NCBI GenBank assembly: GCA_000388065.2
Contig: KB932201.1
DNA from: Fonticula alba ATCC 38817
Taxonomy: Eukaryota > Protista > Nucleariida
Reading direction: 5' to 3' (one strand)
DNA length: 64,000 nt
The notes below the pieces were generated by a model, which was not told the origin of the DNA, made no database searches, and saw only the letters and a list, made by a program, of their open reading frames with translations. The position numbers and the translations under genes were made by a program. Below are positions 52,401 through 64,000 of this stretch, piece after piece (position 1 is the stretch's first letter; every line of letters starts with the position of its first letter).

Positions 52401-54921
52401 GGGGGGGGGGGGGGGACCCCCTTCCGAGGGATGGCCACGTACTTTGTCCTTGCGCACGGCCCAGCGGGGGAAGAGGGTCCATGCGCGGACCACTCCCAGG
52501 GCCACCGGGCTGCCCCGGGCCAGGCCCCAGCTGCTGGGCAGGCGAATCTGGCGGCCCGTCAGGCCTACGGTGACCAGGATCCCGGGCTCGGCCGGGCATG
52601 CGTCCAGCTCGACCACCGACGACAGGGGGACTTGGATGGTCGTGCGGGGAGAAGGCCCGGCAGGGGGTGGGGCCGGCGCGCCGGGGGCGAGGAGCGTCAG
52701 GGCATGTCGGCGACATGGATGGCACAATGGCGAGCAGGGGCTGCGCGGGGCAGCGGCCCGGGCCCGGCTACGGGGGGGGCGCTTGCCCGCAGGGGGCGCG
52801 GGAAATCGGGCCCCGGAGCAGGCCACCGGTCAACGTACCCTCCCCGGTGCGGCTGCAGTCGATGATGTCGATGATCTTCGGTGGACGGGGGTAGGCCGAG
52901 TTCCGCGGGACGGCGCAATACTGAAGCCCCGGAGCGCCGGGATCGATGCCGGTGTCGATGACGGCAATGACCGTCCCATCGCCATAGGCCGCCGGGGAGC
53001 GGTCCTGCAAGCGGAGCAGCTCCACCTCGGCCCGGGGCAGGAGAGCCGCCTCGTGGAGCAGCGGATGCTCCCCCGGGCAGGCGGCCGGCCGGGGGTAGGC
53101 CGGGCCGCCGGGGGTCCCGGAGACCGGGTCATATGGAGCCGGGACCGGGGGCGCCCGGCCGCCGGCCGTCGGCGACAAGATCGACGAGCCGGCGCTCGGG
53201 CTGATGGGGGTCGTGGCGGTGGCGGTGGCGGTGGCGGCGGCCGCGCCGGCCGCCCCGCGCTGGCTGACGTCCGCCCAGTTGAGCATATCCCGCAGGGGAT
53301 CATCGAAGGAGCCGGTGCGGGCGTCCCGCGGCCCGCCGAAGGTCGGGTAGCCGCTGGGTCCCACGGAGACCGTGGCCGCGCCGCGGCGAGCCGCCTCACT
53401 GCCGCCACCATCGCCGGCCAGCCGGTGCCCCGGGGCCAGGGATGTGTCCTGGTCGCCGGACAGCAGCCGCGTGCGGAATTCCCGCAGCCGGAGCTGCTGC
53501 CCGTCAGCATGGGGCCCCCCGGGCCCGGGGAGGGCGGCCGACGGGGGCGACACCTGGGCCAACAGCAGTTGGTCTGTGCTCCGCGACCCCTTGCGATTCC
53601 ACTGGCCGAGGCCGGGCCCGGGCCCGGCGCCATTGGCAGGGCCCGGCCGTGGGGCCGGGTGCGCCTGCGGCGCCTCCACCGCCCCGGCCAATGCCATGCC
53701 ATGCGGCCGGGTGTACGGGCCCGATGGCGGGTAGGGCCCGGCCTCAGGGTGCCCATACGAAGTGGGGTGGCTGCCCGGGTCCCCGGCAGGGCCGGGCTCC
53801 AGCTGCAGGGCATCCAACGGCGCGGAGGTCCTGCGTGCGAGGAACTTCTCGCGCAAATTTCGCCCCTCGGCCGGGGCGCTGCCCGGGGCGCCGATGGCCG
53901 GGTCGCCGGGGTGCGGGCCGCCGACCAGACGCCGGCCGGATGCGGCCGCCGCGGCGATCTCCTCGTCCAGGGCCACCGGCCGGACGAAGCTCATCTCATT
54001 CGGGTCCCGGAGGATGCTGTCGCGCTCGCGGCTGTATGTGCTCTCCGTCAGGGACCGGTACTTCCGGCCCGCATCAGCGCGGGGTTAGTGGCCCTGCCGG
54101 GCGACGAGCGATGCCCCACCACCTGGGCGTACCTCGGCGAAATGCACCGGCGGCTGGGGCATCGGGCCATTTGCCGCAGAGCCTGGCCCTGCGGGGTACC
54201 CCTGTCCCGGATGCATGGGCATGGCCAAGTGCGGCGGGGCGGCATGCTGCTGTGCGTAGGGGTACGGGTCGCCGCCTGCCGGGGGGAGGTGCCCGGGGGG
54301 GGGGTGGTGGTGATAGTGCCCCGTGGCGACTGGATGGTGGAGATTCGGCGGCGCAAATGCCTGGTGGAAGTGCGACTGCTGGGCCGGCTGCTGCGGGAAG
54401 GCCCGCTGCTCCTGCCCCATGTGGGGAACCTCTGTCAGGGGGTAATCCTGGGCATAGGGATGTTGCGGATGATACGGGTGCTGGGGCGTGGCCGGCTGCG
54501 AGGCCCAGGTCCCTGGCGGCGTCGGGGTCGGCGGCAGTGGCTCCACATCATGCGCCATGGCCATGGCCGCGCCGGGGCCCGCCGGAGCCGGGGATTGCAG
54601 CAACACGGGCCCAGACTCCGGGGCCGGGGTGGGTGGCTGTGTGCGGGCGCCTGCCTCGTCGGCCGGCGGCCTGGGCGACCGGTCGGTCGGCCCCGAGGCC
54701 GGGGACTCCCGGAAGCGCGGCGTGAGAGACCCGAAGAGCTTCTTCCGGGACTTGGGCGCTGTCTCGGCCCCGGTGGCGGCGGCCCCCACCGGACGCAGCC
54801 CCTCATGGGGAGAGCCGACATTCGAGCTGCTTTCGGCCGGCGTGGCGGGCGATTCGCCCCCGGGCCCGGCACCAAGAGCCGGGCTCCGACCCAAGCGGAG
54901 CCTATCTCTTAGACGCGACAT
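44623..54921 (-). CDS. TPP2: Tripeptidyl-peptidase II (subtilisin S8), ~2741 aa. Exons 54921-54133, 54060-52839, 52630-52443, 52204-51721, 51447-49910, 49608-49528, 49370-49088, 48863-47614, 47315-46487, 46184-44623; the extreme 3' end is less certain
   Basis: LLPRAE...VIAVIDTGIDPGAPGLQ...PKIIDIIDCS (catalytic Asp); GLTGRQIRLPSSW; DPGPIMD; EHGTNVAALLAG (His); INMSYGE; SAGNRGP (oxyanion Asn); GTSIAAP (Ser); LRRALENTA; QGCGLIRVDRA. All 9 introns are phase-consistent. Confidence 0.92.
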
Positions 54922-55643
54922 TCCGATCGGACTGACCGGCGAAAGGCCCTGGCACGACGCAGCGGGGGGAGGGGGCAGGGGGAGGGGGAGAGCAAGCCTT
55001 CCGGCCGGGCAAAGGGAGCACCTCCGTCGATGGAGCGACTCGACACGGCTATGCTACGGGCCCGAAGAAGGTGTCTCGCGGGCGAAGGAGCGCGGGTGGG
55101 GCGCGTAAGGCGAGAGCGAGAGCGAGAGAGAGAGAGAGAGAGAGAGGGCGAGGAAGAAACTGAAAAACCGTCTGGAGTGTGCCTCTTGATTGGCCGAGAT
55201 GCTGTGCACGCCGATAATACCGGCTCACCGGCCTTCCCCCGTCGGGAAGACGCGGTAGCCGTGGCATCTCCCCAGAGCACACGGGGCGGAGTGTGAAACA
55301 CTCTGTGCGTGCCATCACCATATGTCGCGCCCTCCCCCCCCCCCTCGGCCGACCTCTCCGTGGCTCGGTCTCGGCAAGGGGCGATCTGCTTGTGGGTTAT
55401 GTTTTGCATGGCTAGCCCATTAATTGTGGGCCTGCCTGGCTTCCCGGCCCGTCGGCCGGCGCCCGAGAGAGTGCCCGGCACGGCCAGGCGTGCATGCGCA
55501 AGCAACCTCGCCGCTCCCTCCGAGCCATGCAAATTCGCTCGGCGGGCGATTTGCCCCCGGGGGTGGCTCTTCTACCCAGGCTGCGTTACGCTTGTCCCTG
55601 GGGGCACAAAACGATCGTTCTCCAAAACCGTGCGTTGGCAGCG

Positions 55644-55666
55644 TGGCGCTAATTTGAATTCCCGCC
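55644..55666 (+). promoter_or_regulatory. CDE/CHR-like plus E2F-like composite element upstream of DDX11
   Basis: TGGCG-CTAA-TTTGAA-TTCCCGCC: a GC-rich CDE-like pentamer, a 4-nt spacer and CHR TTTGAA, followed by an E2F-like TTCCCGCC. Motif match only. Confidence 0.3.
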
Positions 55667-56018
55667 CGCCGGCATTTTGGATGAGCCGAGGGCCGCCCCG
55701 TGCCCCGGCCCAAGCGCTGTGGATCTTCCCCGGGGTCACCCAACCCCCTGCTTCGGATCCCGCCTTTTCCTTCGGGGGGGGGGNNNNNNNNNNNNNNNNN
55801 NNNNNNNNNNNNNNNNNNNNNNNNNNNNNNNNNNNNNNNNNNNNNNNNNNNNNNNNNNNNNNNNNNNNNNNNNNNNGGGGGGGGCAAGCGGCCAGGGCAG
55901 GAGGAGCAGCGCCGGCAGAAATCCCACATACGCGAATCTCCGCGAGGAAGGCCAGAGAAGTTCAAAGCAGATCCCCAGACCCCCCTCCTCCTCCCCTCTC
56001 TCTCTCTCACACACACAC

Positions 56019-59000
56019 ATGGACCTTTGTAGACGGGAAGGCACCGGCGCTCGGCCTGGCGGCCCGGCCAGGCAGGTCCCAAAACTCGAGGGCGCCCTCC
56101 ATCGGCTGGCCACGCCCGAGCGCTTTGCCTTTCCCTTCGCCGAGCCGTACCCCGGCCAGATGGCCCTCATGCGCGCGATCTATGCCACGGCTGAGGCCGG
56201 GGATGTCGGGCTGTTTGAGAGCCCAACCGGCACCGTACGATGACCCTCCGCGCCTTGGTGGCGGCCCTCGTCGGTCGTACTTGGTCAGGGGCGACGCGGG
56301 GGCCGGGGCACAATGGGCGCCGGGAACACCCTTCTCCCTCTGGCCTCTCCTTTCCACTCACTCGTTCTGTGTTCCTCTCTCTCTCGCGCGCGCGCGCGCG
56401 CGCGCGTGCGCGCGTGCGCGCGCCCTCTGCCGTTTCCTGGCTCCCCTTTGACGCGACGCACCATCCCCAGGGCAAGTCTCTGAGTTTGATTTGCGGCGCC
56501 GCAACGTGGCTTTTCGACCGGTTGGAGATGGCCGACCAATTGGCCGAGCAAGATCCCTCCAATGAGCGATCGGACTTGCGGGCACTGGCTGGTCCGTGTA
56601 TGTGCCCTTTTCCCCTGGCTCCGCCTATCTGCCCTCCCCTGTGGTGCTTCTTGTCGGCCATCCACAACGACCAGCCCATTGACCGCCATCCCTTACAGGC
56701 GGCTCGCCCGGGCCGGTCGGCGACACGCCCTCCTGGCTGAGCGGCCAACTGCGCCGGCGGCAGGCCGAGCGCATGCGCGAGCAGTGTGCCCAGCGCCGGC
56801 GCACGCGACACCAAGTCGCCCGCCGCGTGGCCGACAGCTGTCGGGCCCTGTCCCGCGAGGGCTCGCGAACATGTCCACCCGCTGACCGGCGTCCGGTCGA
56901 TCCTGCCTCCGCCACCGAGGCTGATCCCTTTCTCATCGAGGACCCCACTGAGGGCGAGCCTCCCGGCTCAACGGCCCCGGCCAGCCTTCGCGCGGAGCGG
57001 CTACTCTTTCCATCTGGCGGGCCTGGGTATGACGCCACTGGGAACGCCCATCCCCGCCCATCCCCCCCTCCCCCCCCCCCCCTTCGGACAGCTGGTGACT
57101 AATTCCCAATCTCCCCTCGTGCGGTCTGCTCGCGCCCTCCTCGTGCCTGTGGCCCTTCCCATGTGTTCCTCCGCCCTATCACTCCCGGGGCATTTTAGGG
57201 GCCTCTTCTCCGACTCGGAGACCGAGTCCGATGGGGAGGACGATGGGGGCGACTCGCGATCGGGCCTCGGCCACGCGGGCGACCCGCAAATCATCTATGC
57301 CTCGAGGACACACTCGCAAATCAGCCAATTTGTGGGCGAGATCGCACGGACATCCTTCGCTTCGGCCCTGCGCGTGGTCACCCTGGCCTCGCGCAAGAGC
57401 CTTTGCATCAACCCGGAGGTGAATGTCCCCGGCCGGGCAGCGGCCCAAGTGAATGACCACTGTGCGGACCTGCTTGGCGGCAAGGGGAAGTGCTCCTTCC
57501 ATGGGGACGCCACGCGCACGCAGCAGGTCGGCGATCTGCTCCAAGCGTCACGGTCGTGTGCCGGCACGGCCCGCAGCCTGGGCCAGCGTCTTGGCGCCTG
57601 TCCGTATTTCGGTGCTCGAGCGGCGGCGGCCTCTGCCCACATCGTGTGTGTCCCATACTCGGTCCTGCTGTCGGCTCCAACTCGCCGAGCAGCCGGGCTC
57701 CGGCTCCGTGGCCGTCTGGTGCTCATCGATGAGGCGCACAATGTGTGCGACGCCGTGGCCGCGGCGCACTCGGTCACCCTGAGCCTGGGCACCCTCGGCA
57801 CCTGTCTTGGCCAAGTGTCCCAATACCTGGCCCGGTATATGACACGGCTGGGCCCGGTGTCGGTGGTGCGCGTGCGCGAGCTTCACCACGTCGCACGCAT
57901 CCTCATCCGCCACCTGCAGGGAAGCGCCTCCGGCCCGGCTTCCCCGGGGGCCGCCGCACAAAGCGAGGCCATTCTCACCAGCCACGACCTCCTGCGCGTC
58001 ACCGGTCTCGACGCCTTGAACATCCCTCGGCTGCTGGATTTCCTTCGCCAGTCGCGCCTTCCACAGAAGGTACATCCCGCCTTGATGGCCGGCCCCCTTG
58101 CCCCTGCCAAACGTGGCTCATGCTGGCAAGTGCCCTTCCAGCGTGCCCCCTTGCCCTCGTCCCTCGCCTCTCACACGCATTTGCACACCCACACACACAT
58201 ACATGCCTTCATACATACATGCATCTCCGCATACGCGCATGCACGAATCGATGGCGGCTGCATGCATCCCCATCCACAGCTCCAAGGCTTCGTCGAAGCA
58301 ACTGATGGCCCGGAGGTGGCCATTACCGATCGCGGCCCCCCGAAGCAGCGCTCAGCCGCCGCCACATTTCAGGTGGTTTCTTTTTTGGAGTGTCTACTGC
58401 ACGCTGACGCTTCTGGCCGGATTGTCCTGTCTCGAGCACCAGCCGGTGCGCCTGTCGCGATGATGCGCTCCCTCCTCGGGCTGATGCTCTCTTCGGCGAA
58501 TCTGCCCTCGTTTTCCTTCCGCCCCCTCTCACACGGACACACAATTGTCCATATGTATCTCACTCTCCTCGTTCTGTCCTTTTCCGCCCCCTCGCCCTTT
58601 CCTCTGGCAATGGGCGCGGCCATGGCCACAGACGACAGCCGGACATCCTATCGGTATATCCTGCTTGATGTTGAGGCGAAATTCATGGAATTGGTGGCTG
58701 AGGCGCGCTCGGTCATCCTGGTCGGCGGCACTCTTCGACCTGTGCGCTTTTTTCCTGCTTCTCCCGGCTGCCCTCCTCTGCTCGCCGCCCCATCGCCTCA
58801 CCGAGGCCCGGATGCACTAATCCACCAATCGTCCCCATCTCCTGCCCCCTTTGCCTGGGGAAAAAAAAAGACCGACCTACTCCGGCAGCAGCTCCTCCGG
58901 TCACACCCGGCAGATCGCATCCGCGAGCTGGCATGTCCGCACGTTGTGGGACCGGAGGCGCTGCTGGCTCGATCACTTGGCTCGATTGCCCCCGGCTCAC

Positions 59001-60444
59001 CCCTGCGTCTGGTGGCCGATAGTTGGGCGGCCGACCGGGCGCCCACCACCCTGGCCGATGTTGGCCAGGTGGTTGCTGCCGTGGCCCGCGCCGCGCCAGA
59101 TGGCTTGGTTGTCTTTTTCCCCTCCTTCGCCGCGCTCTTCGCCACGACTGATGCCTGGCGGGCCTCGGCGGGCATTTTCCATCAGCTCCATGCCATCAAG
59201 GAGGTATGCCCTGGTGTCGGGTCCCCCCTTTTTTTTTTTTTTCGCCCCTCCTCCCCCTCCTGCGTAGCCCCACTCCCCGGATGTCCCCACTGACACCCGG
59301 CAACCGGGCACGCATGTGACACATAGATCTTCATCGAGCCACGCGACTCGGCCCAGCTGGATGGCACCTTGAAGGCATATGCGGCCTCGGTCGCTCGGCA
59401 CGGCTCAGGTGCAGCCACCCCTGTCGGGACACGCAACGGCGCCATGCTGCTCTGCGTGATGGGCGGCAAATTGAGCGAGGGCATCAACTTCGCCGACCAC
59501 TTAGGCCGGTTCGTGGCCACCTTCTGCGCTTCTTTTCTTTTTTTTTCTTGCCTGGCACCTATGCTCCATCACCAGGGCCACATTTTCCTTGCCGGGCCTC
59601 GGCCTCCCTTCCTAATCCCCTGCTAGAGCGGTCATTGTCCTGGGGCTACCCTACCCGAATAAGCACTCGGTTGAGCTGCGCGAGAAGATGGCTTTCCTCG
59701 ACTCCTTGAAGCGAGTGCGTCCTTGCATGTGTTGCTTTTCCGCTCCCCCCCCCCTCCCCTTCACCCCTTTGCTGGACTCTGTCCACAAGGCCCCGTGCCC
59801 TGACCTCCCAAGTCATGCTTTGTGTAGGGCCGGTTGTCGGAGCTTTTCTACGAGGATCTGTGCATGAGGTCGGTGGCCCAGTCGATTGGTCGGGTTCTGC
59901 GCCACCAAAACGACTATGCGGCCATTGTCCTGGTCGATGTGCGGTACAACTCCCCACGCGTACTGTCCCGGATCCCACAGTGGGTGGTGGAGCTGGGCCA
60001 ATTGCGGCACCTTGGTGGCGGGGCGTCGTCAGCCGAGACCCCCTCTGGGCCGGAGCCCCTCCGCGCTTTGACTGCAGCTATCACCGAGGTACGCGCGGAC
60101 ATCCCACCCCGAGGCCATTCCTCAGCCGCTCTCGCTTTGTCCCTTGTCCTTGTGCACACACACGCACAGGGAGAGAGAGAGAGAGAGACACGCACACACA
60201 CACACACACACACACACCTATCCTCCGCCCCTGACAACTCTGCCCGGTGCGCCTTCGTTTGATCACAAAACACCCTGGGAATATGTTTGGATTTGGGCGG
60301 AAATAATCCTCTGCTGGTGTGCATCTCGATCGGCCACAACCGGCTGACTGGGCACAGTTTTTCGACCGGAGAGAGCACACCGCGAAGCGAGACTTGGGTA
60401 GGCCCAACGACCAGGGCCAGCCCAAGCGACTTCGGCACGACTAG
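56019..60444 (+). CDS. DDX11: DDX11/Chl1 Fe-S DEAH helicase, ~920 aa; start uncertain (upstream gap). Exons 56019-56234, 56471-56591, 56699-57026, 57199-58069, 58280-58445, 58632-58741, 58871-59203, 59327-59508, 59627-59714, 59828-60088, 60358-60444
   Basis: FPFAEPYPGQ, FESPTGTGKSLSLIC, IIYASRTHSQISQFVGEI, four Fe-S Cys (LCIN, NDHC, KCSF, CPYF), LIDEAHN, VGGTLRP, VVFFPSF, MGGKLSEGINFADHLGR, GLPYPN, YEDLCMRSVAQSIGRVLRHQNDYAAIVLVDVRY. Confidence 0.93.
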
Positions 60445-60466
60445 AACAGCCAATGACACAGCCACA

Positions 60467-60496
60467 CAATGCAATGCAATGCAATGCAATGCAATG
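60467..60496. repeat. (CAATG)6 pentanucleotide repeat in the 82-bp spacer between the convergent DDX11 and PCYT2 stops
   Basis: Direct inspection. Confidence 0.9.
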
Positions 60497-60526
60497 GACT
60501 CTCGGTCACCCGACAGACATCGGTAT

Positions 60527-62471
60527 CTAGCTCTGGTTCTGGGCCGAGAGGAGCTGCTCCTCGACGGCGGCCTTCTGGTCCTTACGGCGATTGCGCTCCT
60601 CGTAGCTACGTGGCGGCAAGTCAATACACGGAAGGCATGGGCGCAGGAAGCATGGGAAAGAGGGATGGCAGAGATCTAGCCAGGAAAGACGCACACGCTG
60701 CGGCGGTTGATGATCCGGCGGATGACATCCTCCGAGGTGACAGCCGACAATTCGACATCAATGGCGTCCTTGCCAGCCGGCGCAAGCACACGCTGGAAGA
60801 TGCCACGCTCGCGAGCCGTCTGCGGAAAGGGGACAAACAGGGCGAGTGAGCAAGCGGGAAGCGGACCCCAGGAGGCAAGGAGGGAGCGGGGCGACACAAG
60901 GGGAGGACAGAGAGAAGGAGAAGAAGGAAACCAGACAAGGGACAGGCACGCACGGCATACGGATCGGAGCCATCAACATCGGGGATGGTGTCGGTCTGGC
61001 CATGGGCAACGACCGCCACACCGCCGACGTCCTTGAAGTGCTCGAGGACCACATCGTCCACACTGTATGGGGCCCCGATGATGACCTCATCAACGAAGCG
61101 GCAGCTCAGAACACCGAGCGTGCGCTCATACAGGTTCATGATGGGCATGTTGTTGCCCTTAATGCGATTGACAGTCTGCTCGCGGCCGGCACACCAGGCC
61201 AGGCAAGTGGAGGACGGACGCAGGGGAGGGGGGGCGAGGAGAAATGAGCACATGTCAGAGGGTGAGGGGAGGAGGAGGAGGAGGAGGAGGAGAAGGAGGA
61301 GGCAGTCAAGAGGCGGGCATACCTGGTCATCCTGCACCGCGACAACCAGGTAGTCACCGAGAGCACGCGCGCGCTCAAGGAAACGGATGTGCCCGACATG
61401 GAACAGGTCAAAGGCACCGGACACCAGGACAATGCGGGCACCAGGCGCGGGGCCGCCCTCCGGGAAAAGAGGCGAAATGGTCTTGGACTTGGGGCGGTAG
61501 TGGCTGACGCGCGTGGCAGGGATGCCGCAAGAGGCCTGCATGCACACAGAACAAACGCGGACGCGGACGCAGATGCCCGGGCAGTAGGGAGAGTCAGGAG
61601 GGAGAGCAGGGGGGAAAATGGAGAGGAAGGGACACGAAAGGGACCATGCACATCAAGGAGAGTCAGCAAAGGACCAGGCGCAAGGAGCGAGAGCCACAAT
61701 TGGCCAGCACATGACGTACAGCCGCAAAGTCCTGCAGCTGCGTGGCAGCCAGAGAGGACATGCCAAGGATGGACTCCTGGTCATCATCCACCGGCTTGGT
61801 GAAATGCTCCCGAGTGCAGAGAAGCATGCGGCCAACCAGGTCAGTGGTAGACACGCCCTCGGTGCGCTTGAACTCACTGGGCATGAGCGGGGGGGGGGGG
61901 AGGGGCCAAGTCAGTTAGCCCTGGGCCCGGCGCGCCAATCGGACACCGCCATGCGGACATGGGTGGGAAAGCAGCGGAGAAAGGCATGAGGCCCCCTGCG
62001 GCAGGGGGGCACTTACGCACATGTATTTGCCGGCCTCCTTGACGCGCCAGTAGGTGTCGCGTCCATCGGCGCTGCTGGTGATATCATCACCGTGGGCCAC
62101 CCAATCGGCGCCCTCGGCCTCAACGACCTCCAGCTCGGTGACATACGGCGACGCCTCGACCACGCGGTCGACCCACTTGCAGCCGCGCACCGCTTCATAG
62201 CGCTCGCGCTCCTGCATCACGGTCGGGCCCTTGTGGTGGGCGATGTCCTCGTCGGAGTGCACACCGACGATGAGCTGCGTGCCGAGAGCGCGCGCCTGGC
62301 GCATGGCATTCGCATGGCCGAAGTGCATCATGTCGAAGCATCCATCGACCCAGATGCTAGGGCGGCAGGGAAACAGGGGTAAGAGGGGGAACTAGGGTGA
62401 CAAGAGGACAGCCGTGGCACATACACAGAGCCCTTGGTGGGGGCGGTGGAGGCGGAGGCGGCCGCGGGCAT
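60527..62471 (-). CDS. PCYT2: Ethanolamine-phosphate cytidylyltransferase (ECT1), 392 aa. Exons 62471-62425, 62356-62021, 61876-61720, 61535-61323, 61175-60954, 60819-60695, 60605-60527
   Basis: Two cytidylyltransferase domains: [14 protein letters not shown]...VGVHSD...KGPTVM...HGDD...[16 protein letters not shown] and [11 protein letters not shown]...[32 protein letters not shown]; ends YEERNRRK. Confidence 0.95.
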
Positions 62472-63454
62472 GGTGGAAAGGAAGGAGTGAAGGGGGGGGG
62501 GGAGGACAAGAGCAAAGACGGGGCAAACGGAATGGGCGAGAGGGGGAGGTGGCGGAGTCCGTTGCATCCTCCCTTCTCCGGGCCTGTGCCCTGTGCCGCC
62601 GACGGAAATAAGGACCGCTGCGATCCCGGATGATGCCGGCTCGGGGGGTGGGGGGGGGGGAGGGGTGCTCCATGCATGCCAATACCGGTGCATCCAAGAT
62701 TTACACGCAATTGGGGCATGCACGCCAGCTGACCCCACACAAACACTGCCCAGCGGAGCTCTTGACTAACCGATTCCCCAGNNNNNNNNNNNNNNNNNNN
62801 NNNNNNNNNNNNNNNNNNNNNNNNNNNNNNNNNNNNNNNNNNNNNNNNNNNNNNNNNNNNNNNNNNNNNNNNNNNNNNNNNNNNNNNNNNNNNNNNNNNN
62901 NNNNNNNNNNNNNNNNNNNNNNNNNNNNNNNNNNNNNNNNNNNNNNNNNNNNNNNNNNNNNNNNNNNNNNNNNNNNNNNNNNNNNNNNNNNNNNNNNNNN
63001 NNNNNNNNNNNNNNNNNNNNNNNNNNNNNNNNNNNNNNNNNNNNNNNNNNNNNNNNNNNNNNNNNNNNNNNNNNNNNNNNNNNNNNCCCCCGACCACCCG
63101 GGAGGGAGAGAAAGCCACGGACGCCAGAGTACCAACCGCCCGGCACCCCGGTGTCACTTGCCCCGCCCCCCTCGCCCCCCTCGCTCCCGCTCGACGACCG
63201 GGCCCGGAGGGCTTCGCCCGCCCCGCTGGCCGACACATGCGTTGGGATATGCATTGTTGAGTGTGGGAAAATACCCGACCGGGATGGAGGCGTGCCGGAC
63301 TGGGCGCGGCGCATGCGCGCGCGCGCGCGCGCGCGGGCCAGGCTCGAGCACACCAGGCGCCTCCTCTGCCTCCCCCGGCTGCCTCCATTCATCATGGCCG
63401 GCAGGGGCGTCCTCCCGGGCCTGGCTTCTCCCGGCCGGGATCCGCGGCCGGAGA

Positions 63455-63811
63455 CTAGGTCAGGTTGGAGGGCGGATTCGACGGGGGAATCGGCGAGTTG
63501 AAACGCGAGAAAATAAAGGAAAGGAGCTGCTCCAGGGATACATCCTCGCCCGCGCCGGCCGGGGTGCTGCCGGAACCGGGCCCCGGCGCCGGCAACGGCT
63601 TCCGAACATACAGCGGCGAGGTAGTGACGTCCGAGGTGGCGAGCGGCCGAACGGCAATCCGCTGCGCGGCATCCGGGTCGGCATCCTACATGGTCGACCG
63701 GGCGCGAGAAGCCCAGCGAGGAGGGGAGAAGCAGGGTGAGAAAGGTCCCCGTTCAGGGGGGACGCATGGGAAGTGCGCGCTTGTGGGGGGGGGGGGCCGA
63801 AAGTCGAGGGG

Positions 63812-63842
<31 letters not shown>

Positions 63843-63958
63843 ACAAAGAAGAATGAAGGGGCATACCTGGCTGATGTGACGCATGCGATTCCGCCGCTCG
63901 ATACACTCACCGATCACCTTCTGGGTGGCCGAGCGCAAGAGCTCGAGAAGATCGCTCC
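63455..63958 (-). CDS. Last two exons (63958-63867, 63685-63455) of an unidentified gene that continues beyond the window
   Basis: Phase-0 GTATGC...GTAG intron 63866-63686. The frame reads SDLLELLRSATQKVIGECIERRNRMRHISQ-DADPDAAQRIAVRPL...SLEQLLSFIFSRFNSPIPPSNPPSNLT*. Confidence 0.55.
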
Positions 63959-64000
63959 CTGTGGACCAGGCGGAAAATGACAGCAAAGGGAGAGTGCAGG

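Noticed and set aside
51910-54912. 1000-aa plus-strand ORF (also 29571-31409, 35231-36541, 49772-51469 and many similar)
   Set aside because: Antisense or alternative-frame shadow ORFs of GC-rich genes: Arg/Gly/Pro-rich, no motifs, and overlapping well-supported genes.
58862-58870. Acceptor preceded by an A9 run instead of a pyrimidine tract in DDX11
   Set aside because: A branch-like ACTAAT and pyrimidine-rich sequence lie just upstream and the frame is preserved; likely a homopolymer slippage feature.
25632-60444. Two Fe-S helicases (DNA2, DDX11) in one window suggesting a repair cluster
   Set aside because: They are ~23 kb apart with three unrelated genes between them; chance is sufficient.
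63455-63958. Possible KTI12-like C-terminus for the last partial gene
   Set aside because: The resemblance is limited to one generic helix and is insufficient to name the gene.

Overview
GC-rich, intron-rich eukaryotic genomic DNA from a draft short-read assembly with 9 N-gaps. The gene set (fungal-type Rvs167, Set1, TPPII, Prp4 kinase, Spen) suggests a unicellular opisthokont; a Fonticula-like organism is my unverified guess. I spliced the gene models by hand from the sequence and checked reading-frame phase at each junction. In order: ankyrin-repeat exon plus multi-RRM exon (+); 5' part of a probable ABCG transporter (-); Spen/RBM15-type RRM-SPOC protein (+); CBP20/NCBP2 (-); Prp4 kinase (+); a ~1350 aa orphan with 37 exact 11-residue repeats (-); a 274 aa orphan (-); DNA2 (-); Set1 H3K4 methyltransferase with an RS region (-); Rvs167 (+); a 2741 aa TPPII (-); DDX11/Chl1 (+); PCYT2/ECT1 (-); the 3' end of an unknown gene (-). 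I saw no tRNA, rRNA, CRISPR array or transposon. Highlights: (1) the orphan 11-mer amphipathic-repeat protein; (2) about 57 splice donors read GTRYG(Y), none with +4A; (3) a full RRM-SPOC Spen-family gene; (4) an Illumina adapter with a false 93-bp duplication that frameshifts Set1; (5) roughly two-fold low-complexity inflation of conserved enzymes.
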